A stretch of DNA of 64,000 nt from Kofleriaceae bacterium (GTDB taxonomy: Bacteria; Myxococcota_A; Polyangia; Haliangiales; Haliangiaceae), in NCBI GenBank assembly GCA_965223575.1, contig CBDCWZ010000010.1, positions 1-64,000 on the forward strand, in the 5' to 3' direction. Positions 6,099-12,341 of the stretch are shown here, piece after piece; position 1 is the first letter of the stretch, and each line of letters begins with the position of its first letter. A program made the position numbers and the translations under genes. The notes beneath the pieces were generated by a model. It was given only the letters and a program-made list of their open reading frames with translations. It was not told where the DNA came from and ran no database searches.

Positions 6099-6243
6099 GC
6101 CAACGTAGCCCAACTGGCAGAGGCACCGGATTCAAATCGCGGACAGTATCGGTTAACTAGGATGCTCTGCATCCGTTAACGCCGCCGAACAAATCCAGCG
6201 AACTGGATTTGTTCAGCAAGGCGGACGACTCCGATCGTTGGCA
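6099..6243 (+). tRNA. tRNA with Leu anticodon CAA, class-I variable loop, split in the T-loop (6155-6225)
   Basis: Acceptor gccaacg/cgttggc (perfect). D arm gcc-caactggcaga-ggc. Loop ttCAAat (2 stem mismatches). T arm atcgg-TT[insert]CGACT-ccgat (perfect). A73. Confidence 0.5.
6155..6225 (+). repeat. T-loop element copy 15 (71 nt, subfamily A)
   Basis: AACTAGG. P1 ggatgc/gcatcc (loop tct), P2 cgcc/ggcg, P3 gaacaaatccag/ctggatttgttc. Flanks atcggTT|CGACTcc. Confidence 0.85.
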
Positions 6244-6249
6244 CAAAAC

Positions 6250-6408
6250 GCGGACGTGGTGGAACGGGATACACGCAACGTTGAGAGCGTTGTGAGCCAC
6301 GTGCTCAATGCCGGTTAACTCGGGGCCTTTGGACCCGTTCTCGGGGCTGAAAAATTCCACGATGTGGAATTTGTTCACCAACCCGGTCGAATCCGGCCGT
6401 CCGCACCA
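6250..6408 (+). tRNA. tRNA-Leu(GAG), class II, split in the T-loop by a 71-nt element (6317-6387)
   Basis: Acceptor gcggacg/cgtccgc (perfect). Anticodon arm caacg-ttGAGag-cgttg. 17-nt variable arm. T arm gccgg-TT[insert]CGAAT-ccggc (perfect). A73 and CCA. Confidence 0.75.
6317..6387 (+). repeat. T-loop element copy 16 (71 nt, subfamily B)
   Basis: AACTCGG start. P1 ggggcc/ggaccc, P2 cggg/cccg, P3 gaaaaattccac/gtggaatttgttc. Flanks gccggTT|CGAATcc. Confidence 0.85.
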
Positions 6409-6441
6409 TCCAGAAACATCAACCCTCAACGAAAGGCAGCC

Positions 6442-6972
6442 ATGACGGCTCAAACACTGTTGTTGTCCGCGGGCTATGAGCCGATCAAGGTCGTCTCTTG
6501 GCAACGCGCGATAACCTTACTCACGCTCGGCAAGATCGAAGTTCTGGAAGAGTATGATCGCGAAGTTCGATCCCCGACCATTGCGTTTAAGATGCCTGCG
6601 GTCGTTCGACTTTTGCAGGTACTCAAGCGCAACAAGAAGGCAGTCAAGTTCTCGCGCATCAACATCTATGCGCGGGATAAGTACCGGTGCCAATACTGCT
6701 GTCGAAAGCTACCCATCGCCGAGTTGACCTACGACCACGTCGTTCCGCGCGCGAAGGGTGGCAAGACGATTTGGCAGAACATCGTGACCGCATGCGAAAC
6801 GTGCAACAGCCGCAAGGGGAACCGGACGCCGGAGCAAGCGCACATGGCGTTGCTCAACCGGCCAACACGGCCGACTTGGGTCCCGGTCATGACGCTTCGG
6901 GTAAACCGCAACACGGCGCCCGATGCCTGGAGAGACTATCTCTACTGGACCGGTGAACTGCAAAGCGGCTGA
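6442..6972 (+). CDS. HNH endonuclease (McrA/COG1403-like, 176 aa) embedded in the tRNA array
   Basis: Motif YRCQYC...LTYDHVVPRAKGG....N.VTACETCNSRKGNR. ATG at 6442 with gaaagg 8 nt upstream. Starts 34 nt after the CCA of tRNA-Leu(GAG). Confidence 0.8.
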   Translation: MTAQTLLLSAGYEPIKVVSWQRAITLLTLGKIEVLEEYDREVRSPTIAFKMPAVVRLLQVLKRNKKAVKFSRINIYARDKYRCQYCCRKLPIAELTYDHVVPRAKGGKTIWQNIVTACETCNSRKGNRTPEQAHMALLNRPTRPTWVPVMTLRVNRNTAPDAWRDYLYWTGELQSG

Positions 6973-7029
6973 CCGCACACCGAATGCCACGGGCCACAGA
7001 TCGGATCCGCGAGCCCGCCGGCATTCACT

Positions 7030-7117
7030 GGAGAGACAAACCGATTGGCGACGGTGCTCGGCTTGAACCCGAGTGAGCGTAACTGCCTTAGGGGTTCGAC
7101 TCCCCTTCTCTCCGCCA
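7030..7117 (+). tRNA. tRNA-Ser(UGA), class II
   Basis: Acceptor ggagaga/tctctcc. Anticodon arm ctcgg-ctTGAac-ccgag. Long variable arm. T arm agggg-ttcgact-cccct. G73 and CCA. Confidence 0.85.
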
Positions 7118-7118
7118 T

Positions 7119-7203
7119 GGAAGGCATCCGAATGGTGAGGACCCCGGTTGGAAGCCGGGCGGGCGACAACGTTGCCTTGAGGGTTCGAGTCCCTCGCCTT
7201 CCG
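7119..7203 (+). tRNA. tRNA-Ser(GGA), class II
   Basis: Acceptor ggaaggc/gccttcc. Anticodon arm cccgg-ttGGAag-ccggg. Long variable arm. T arm gaggg-ttcgagt-ccctc. G73. Confidence 0.8.
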
Positions 7204-7207
7204 CTGC

Positions 7208-7276
7208 GCCTCGCGGGACGGATCCCAGCTGGGTCTTCTAAACCCGGCGCTCCAGGTTCAATTCCTGGGCGAGGTA
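7208..7276 (+). tRNA. tRNA-Arg(UCU)-like with a compact D arm
   Basis: Acceptor gcctcgc/gcgaggt. ggga-cgga-tccc hairpin directly after the acceptor. Anticodon arm tgggt-ctTCTaa-acccg. T arm ccagg-ttcaatt-cctgg. Confidence 0.55.
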
Positions 7277-7277
7277 C

Positions 7278-7345
7278 GGCTCCTCTGATGGACCAGTCCC
7301 GGCTCTTCTAAAGCTGGAGAGAGCGTTCGATTCGCTCAGGAGCCA
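7278..7345 (+). tRNA. tRNA-Arg(UCU)-like (second copy) with a compact D arm
   Basis: Acceptor ggctcct/aggagcc. ctg-atggac-cag hairpin. Anticodon arm cggct-ctTCTaa-agctg. T arm gagcg-ttcgatt-cgctc. Confidence 0.55.
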
Positions 7346-7538
7346 CTTCGCGCCCCGAACACGCGAAGACTCCTACAGCTTCGCGCGTATTTCGCCACCT
7401 CAACCGTACTGGTCATTGATCCGGGTGGATGTCCGCCCATCGCACGCCGAACTTCGCAAGGTACTTGCGAACACGATCTGAATCGTTGGCGCTCGAGACT
7501 TGGGCGAAATCGATACGTTTCGAAATACGGCGAAATAA

Positions 7539-7580
7539 GGGGTCAGACTGAAGTTATAACTTCAGTCTGACCCCACTTTT
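7539..7580. terminator. Perfect 16-bp hairpin, terminator-like, downstream of the tRNA array
   Basis: ggggtcagactgaagt-tataa-cttcagtctgacccc followed by actttt. Confidence 0.5.
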
Positions 7581-7659
7581 CCCGTCAACCAATTCTCACG
7601 GCTTACTCCAGATTGTTGCCAGCATACGGTTCTCCCGCTATCTCTACTATAATCAATCA

Positions 7660-8850
7660 ATGCTCTGCGTGTTTTGCAATTCTCTGTTGCCTTCGAAGAA
7701 GCCCGAACATGTAGTGAGCGCCTTCCTCGGTGGAAGACGAAGCTCAAGGAATCTGCTCTGTGATCTCCACAATGAAACGTTCGGCGGCTCATTTGAACGC
7801 CACGCGGCCAAAGGACTAGCCTCTCTGGCGAACATGCTTGGTGTCAGGAGCGGTCGCCGGCGAGCACCGCCACAAATTCAGGGCATTAAGGGACCAGACA
7901 AGTCTGAGACTTACACGCTCTTGCCAGGAGCAAAGATCATTCAACCCAAAGCGAAGGTCGAGATCGACGAGTCGGAGAACGGGCAGGTTCGAATACGCAT
8001 CAGAGCTGATGCAACCAAAGGCCATCAGATCCATAAGATTCTGGAGAGTTTCGCAGCCAAGTACGGAACCACGCTAGACGAAACGATTTTAGCCCAAGCC
8101 AACGTTACACAGATTCAACTCCCATCGCCCATTGAACTTGATATCACCCTAGGGCCGGACCTGCTGCGTTCACTCTCAAAAATCTCGTTACTACTTCTCG
8201 CTACCAAGACCGGTACAGTCGCGGTTCGAGGCTCCGCCTTTGAGGATGTTCGCAGGTTCATCGAGATCGGCGGACCAAGCAGTGAGTTCATTCGGATGAA
8301 TTCGGCAGCAAAGCTACCAACCATAGTAGGTCTGCACGAACCAGCAGTAGCCGTGCATCGTTTTTTGGTGTACGCAACTCGCGAATTCGGCTGTTTTGCG
8401 ACAATCGAACTGTATGGATGTTTTCTATTCACAGGCCTTCTTTCCAAGGAGTGGAACTCTGAAAATATTAGCGTTGGCCACTCGGTCAACCCCATCACCG
8501 AGCAACACTTCGTAGCTTATAATTTCAGTTCATCACCAATTTCGATTGACCAATTTGCTACTATCAAAGGCGATCAGGTAGCCACCAATGGCCGGCTGGA
8601 CAATCTGTTGAGCTTCGCAATAAGGCGTATGCAACAGCAAGCTCTTGAAGAAATGGTCGCACGATGTATTAATGAAAGCATTGGTAAGAGCGAGGATGTC
8701 ATTACTGAGGAAATGATCGCCAAATTGACCATGTCCTTTGCCGAGCAGTTCGTTGCTACGCAGAAGGGATACGTTCTAGAGCGACAACTCACCATTGACG
8801 ACGTTATTCCTCGAACTCCGACAGGAGAGCCCGACGGCCCTGATGAGTGA
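7660..8850 (+). CDS. HNH_5-type nuclease-domain protein with an uncharacterised C-terminal region (396 aa)
   Basis: N terminus CVFCNS...KPEHVVSAFLGG...LCDLHN matches the CxxC...EH..P..LGG...C..CN pattern of HNH_5 endonucleases. I do not recognise the rest. Confidence 0.55.
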   Translation: MLCVFCNSLLPSKKPEHVVSAFLGGRRSSRNLLCDLHNETFGGSFERHAAKGLASLANMLGVRSGRRRAPPQIQGIKGPDKSETYTLLPGAKIIQPKAKVEIDESENGQVRIRIRADATKGHQIHKILESFAAKYGTTLDETILAQANVTQIQLPSPIELDITLGPDLLRSLSKISLLLLATKTGTVAVRGSAFEDVRRFIEIGGPSSEFIRMNSAAKLPTIVGLHEPAVAVHRFLVYATREFGCFATIELYGCFLFTGLLSKEWNSENISVGHSVNPITEQHFVAYNFSSSPISIDQFATIKGDQVATNGRLDNLLSFAIRRMQQQALEEMVARCINESIGKSEDVITEEMIAKLTMSFAEQFVATQKGYVLERQLTIDDVIPRTPTGEPDGPDE

Positions 8851-9122
8851 TATGGGGATGGTCGCGGTAGGAATGGCCCTTAGCACTCAAGGGTTCGGGC
8901 CACCCCCCGCACAGATCCCGGCGTGCACTACCAATGCACCGGGCTCCTGCCTCGGGTCAAACGCACAAGCGCTCGTTTGGATAAGGATGTGTGATGCGGA
9001 CTGTGGGGATCCATTTGTCTGCCAACCGATACATTCGCTTCCAGGTCATCCTGGTTTTGTCGCTTCGCCGCCTCAGGCTACGATACCACAAGTGGAGGGA
9101 ATGGGGACGCGTTTCGACGGGA

Positions 9123-9190
9123 ATGGGGACGCGTTTCGGAAGTTCGGAACTTCACAATTAGATTTCCGAACTTTCGAAACACGTCCCCAT
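9123..9190. repeat. 68-bp palindromic repeat, copy 1 (plus a half-copy at 9101-9117)
   Basis: atggggacgcgtttcggaagttcggaac...ttccgaactttcgaaacacgtccccat; 27-nt imperfect arms. Confidence 0.8.
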
Positions 9191-9251
9191 TGTTCTATAT
9201 GGTCTGCCAATATTGGATCCTGGTTTTCGTGGGGTGCGAGGGACTGGTGCC

Positions 9252-9746
9252 CTACGCAGCGAAATCTTCTTCAACTACCCAGCCTTTTTTAGCTGAACGG
9301 AACCCAAGCCTGAGTGGTATTGCTTCTTCTTCGATTTCTTGCAGTCGATCGATAGGATATTGCTGAATTGGGTCAAAGGTGGTTGCTGCGAGTCGAAGAA
9401 GTCTATCTGCAGTCGAGTTCATTTTTTGCGATCCCGACTCCCATCGCGAAACCGTCTCACGCTCGACGCCAAAGTGTCGGGCGAAGTCAGTCCCAGACCA
9501 ACCGAGTGATTTTCTGAGGAATCGGATTTCCTCCGGTGTGAGACGAGCTGATTTGGTACTAATGGCATAGACGATGACCCGATGAAGTTCCTCGACTTTG
9601 GGAATCCCAACAAACGATTCACCGCACGCACCACAACGCTTTACATTCACACCAATCAAGGTGACGCGAACTCCTTGGGCGTCGTACAGGTGATTTTCTC
9701 TCGCTGACTTGAGTTGCCCACCACAATGTATGCACTTCATGTCCAT
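9252..9746 (-). CDS. MqsA-like antitoxin (YgiT zinc finger plus XRE HTH)
   Basis: CIHCGG...CGACGE zinc ribbon. LTPEEIRFLRKSLGWSGTDFARHFGVERETVSRWESG HTH. Confidence 0.7.
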   Translation of the reverse strand: MDMKCIHCGGQLKSARENHLYDAQGVRVTLIGVNVKRCGACGESFVGIPKVEELHRVIVYAISTKSARLTPEEIRFLRKSLGWSGTDFARHFGVERETVSRWESGSQKMNSTADRLLRLAATTFDPIQQYPIDRLQEIEEEAIPLRLGFRSAKKGWVVEEDFAA

Positions 9747-9755
9747 CTCCTTGAT

Positions 9756-10076
9756 TCAGCGGCCCATACGCCATGCTGTAACGGCCACAAGCTCCAGCTC
9801 ACTCCAGAAAGCAACCACAACAGTGATGCGCTGCGTTCGGACCTGATATCTCCAGGAACCATTTTCCCATTCGCCCTCGCCGACAACGCCGCCACGCATG
9901 ACGTTGCTACAATCAATTTCCGACAAGTTGTCGTTCGCCATTTCCTGCCGTGCATGCTTTGAGTAATAGACGGTTCCATTGGTGATGATTTCTCGGATGA
10001 GCCGTTTTGCGTCCGAACTACTGAGTGGCTCATCCATATGTGATCTTATATCACATATTGACTTATAGTCAAACAC
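9756..10076 (-). CDS. DUF4258-like toxin partner
   Basis: SKHARQEMANDNLSEIDCSNVMRGG pattern. 9 nt upstream of the antitoxin gene on the same strand. Confidence 0.55.
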   Translation of the reverse strand: MFDYKSICDIRSHMDEPLSSSDAKRLIREIITNGTVYYSKHARQEMANDNLSEIDCSNVMRGGVVGEGEWENGSWRYQVRTQRITVVVAFWSELELVAVTAWRMGR

Positions 10077-10168
10077 TGAATCGAATGCCCCCTACTGATT
10101 GAAATATCAACAATTTCGATCGATTGGGAACTAGGGGGAACGGGATGGGAACGGGATGGGGAAACGGG

Positions 10169-10236
10169 ATGGGGACGCGTTTCGGAAGTTCGGAACTTTG
10201 CAATTAGATTTCCGAACTTTCGAAACACGTCCCCAT
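10169..10236. repeat. 68-bp palindromic repeat, copy 2
   Basis: Same sequence family as 9123-9190. Preceded by degenerate tandem acgggatggg units. Confidence 0.8.
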
Positions 10237-10748
10237 TGTTTCTTCCTCATTGTTTCTCTCTTTCTGAAAAAAGGGGGTGAAACGAATAGACGTTTGTACC
10301 GAGGACCTTAATACATTGATCTCTGAGCAACTAAATATTGTTCGAAGAAAGTTTTTTCCTGCAAAACGTATTGAGGAACATCAGCCGAGGGCGAGTAGAA
10401 ACGAATCCAGAACAGTTGGAAGACTCCTCAACGACCCATTCTTTCTTAGCTGCACGAAACCCAACCCCCCATAGGTATCGCTTCCTCTTCGATCTCTTGC
10501 CGGTCAGGATCTCACCCGTCCGCTGAATGTTCCAGAGTGGCCGGCTTGAAGAACCTGGAAAGGGCGGGTGACGTACCGGACGTTACAGGGATCTGGGGTA
10601 CAAGCATCCGGATATTTGGGTTCCTGGGCATGACGGTAGTATTCTTCACTATGAACCCAACGAGTAGACTGGAGCGAACGCCCTCTTCGCGATAGAATGT
10701 GTGGATTGACCTGGGTATTGCAGTTTGGGAACAAAGGGGGGCATTTCT

Positions 10749-11273
10749 ATGGTTCGTAAAGTTCTCATTGGACTGGCAGGATTAGCTGGTGTACTTGCCA
10801 CAGTTGCCTGGTTTACAACTTCGTCTCCCAATCAAAACGAGCTGCGAATGATCAATATTAAGAACGCCAAAAATTATTTGGGAGTGTTAGTCGGCGGGCA
10901 GCCCAGCGATGAGGAGCTGAGGCATGCCGCAAAGTCCGGCTATCAGACGATTATTAACTTGCGTACGGCTTCTGAACCGGGGAGCGCTGAAGAAAAAGTA
11001 CTCGCGGAAAAGCTCGGCCTTGTTTACGTTTCGATCCCGACAGCAGGGGAGGCCGGATTGACTCGGGAAAATGCAACAGCTTTGCACGAGGCACTCAAGG
11101 CGGCATCAGGGCCAGTCATGCTTCATTGCGGTAGTGGAAACCGCGTCGGTGGTCTGATTGCTTTGCGCGCACACTATTTGTTAGGAATGCCCGCCAACAC
11201 TGCGCTAGAGGAAGGCAAGAAAGCGGGTCTCACAGGACTCGAACCCGCTGTGACACGCATCCTCGGCCTGTAA
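10749..11273 (+). CDS. DUF442/beta-lactamase-hydrolase-like protein phosphatase-fold protein, exported
   Basis: HCGSGNRVG (HCxxGxR) motif. N-terminal hydrophobic anchor. ATG at 10749 after aaagggggg. Confidence 0.6.
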   Translation: MVRKVLIGLAGLAGVLATVAWFTTSSPNQNELRMINIKNAKNYLGVLVGGQPSDEELRHAAKSGYQTIINLRTASEPGSAEEKVLAEKLGLVYVSIPTAGEAGLTRENATALHEALKAASGPVMLHCGSGNRVGGLIALRAHYLLGMPANTALEEGKKAGLTGLEPAVTRILGL

Positions 11274-11295
11274 CGGAACGACCAACTCAGGGGGG

Positions 11296-11363
11296 ATGGG
11301 GACGCGTTTCGGAAGTTCGGAACTTCGCAATTAGATTTCCGAACTTTCGAAACACGTCCCCAT
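11296..11363. repeat. 68-bp palindromic repeat, copy 3
   Basis: Same family. Followed by tandem cattgtt(t)tc units. Confidence 0.8.
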
Positions 11364-11489
11364 TGTTCCATTGTTTTCCCATTGTTTTCTTCGGGCTCGA
11401 TTAGGGGCGAACATCCTCACCGGAGCTGAAATGGAAAACGCCCGACCAGGAATGGAAACCTAACCGGCCGTCTTCAAACTGCTTTCGCG

Positions 11490-11567
<78 letters not shown>

Positions 11568-11739
11568 TGCGTTGTAAGTTACTGCAATACTTAAAGTTGT
11601 CAAGAGGCAATCCGGCATCGTTTCATTCATAAGTGCCTAGTCCCCGGTTTGGTCTCCGGTTTTTGGCAACAAACATCGGCACAATTTGGCGAATCCGATG
11701 CTACTGCTTTTCATCAAGCCCAACATTTGAATAGTGCTC

Positions 11740-11835
11740 TTGCATCTCGACGGTGACATGACCGGTCAACGCCCGCCGAACGACGGGGTCAATCTTCGCC
11801 CTTCGAATCATATCCGAAAACACGCACACGCTACG
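11740..11835 (-). pseudogene. Tyrosine-integrase C-terminal fragment
   Basis: About 80% nt identity to 20950-21040 inside the integrase ORF (..[15 protein letters not shown]..). Confidence 0.4.
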
Positions 11836-11929
11836 CTAAAGGTTCGCCAACAGCTACCAGTCAGGTGGTCGGATTCGCCCCAGGGCTTCGTCGGTTGCGA
11901 GTTCAAGTTCGGCTAACTCGGTTACGGCA

Positions 11930-12008
11930 CCACGACTGGTCGTCTGCCCGTTTGCTCAAGTGGACGATGGGCTCCTAGGTCCGCCCACCAGATTTCACCG
12001 CACTTCAT
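11930..12008 (-). pseudogene. MazF/PemK-like toxin, N-terminal fragment only
   Basis: MKCGEIWWADLGAHRPLEQTGRRPVVV, then homology to the full copy at 32299-32562 ends. Confidence 0.6.
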
Positions 12009-12053
12009 CTAGCATCTTCTTCATCTAGCATCTTCTTCATCTAGCATCTTCTT
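12006..12053. repeat. 16-bp tandem repeat x3 (catctagcatcttctt)
   Basis: Three perfect units. The paralogous locus at 32.56 kb has one unit. The unit spans the antitoxin stop and toxin start junction. Confidence 0.85.
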
Positions 12054-12267
12054 CAGCCAGCATCTCGCACCACTCATCTATTCCTTGATCGGCAAGGGCA
12101 AGATCTTCTTCCTCGCCGGTATTAGCGAGCCTATTTAGGTCCCACCGCGCGGGGTCGGGATGACGGAGCACAATCACAGAGACATGCTCGCCTTGGCGAA
12201 GATCTAGACGTTGGCTGGGTTTGAGCACACCGTCACTGTATTCAGCTTCGATCGGCTTCACATTCAA
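12037..12267 (-). CDS. DUF104/AF2212-type antitoxin (76 aa)
   Basis: MNVKPIEAEYSDGVLKP...L..GE.V.V pattern. Paralogue at about 32.56-32.79 kb. Confidence 0.55.
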   Translation of the reverse strand: MNVKPIEAEYSDGVLKPSQRLDLRQGEHVSVIVLRHPDPARWDLNRLANTGEEEDLALADQGIDEWCEMLAEEDAR

Positions 12268-12341
12268 TAGATTAGCACGTTCGGCAACTATGGGCTATCG
12301 CCGTGATTTTAGCCCTAGAAAAAGCAACAAAAGCGAGAATT

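Noticed and set aside
2786-6387. The repeat array as a CRISPR locus
   Set aside because: The repeats are 71-100 nt, internally structured, occur in both orientations and are unevenly spaced. The intervening sequences are tRNA halves. No cas genes are present.
2786-6387. The elements as integron attC sites (crossover at G|TT, GTTAAC at the left end)
   Set aside because: The structure is two separate hairpins plus a closing helix, not one imperfect palindrome with R''/L''-L'/R' boxes. GTTAACT does not fit GTTRRRY. There is no intI, attI or cassette ORF.
2786-6387. The elements as group I or group II introns
   Set aside because: 71 nt is far too small for either catalytic core. No P7/P3 or domain V signatures are present. 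The position is the T-loop rather than the anticodon loop, and five copies are antisense to the tRNAs.
2669-7311. Many 60-120 aa ORFs on both strands across the tRNA array (for example 2669-2956, 4239-4502, 4262-4627, 4822-5097, 5790-6113, 6157-6504)
   Set aside because: They run through tRNA genes and the repeated element. Their shared peptide strings (for example VRLTVQIQFAGFVQWRQRMRSILVN) are just translations of the repeat. They have no start context or recognisable domains.
8795-9292. 165-aa ORF and neighbouring ORFs (10046-10228, 11174-11371) overlapping the 68-bp palindromes
   Set aside because: They are driven by the repeat sequence and have low-complexity translations with no supporting signals.
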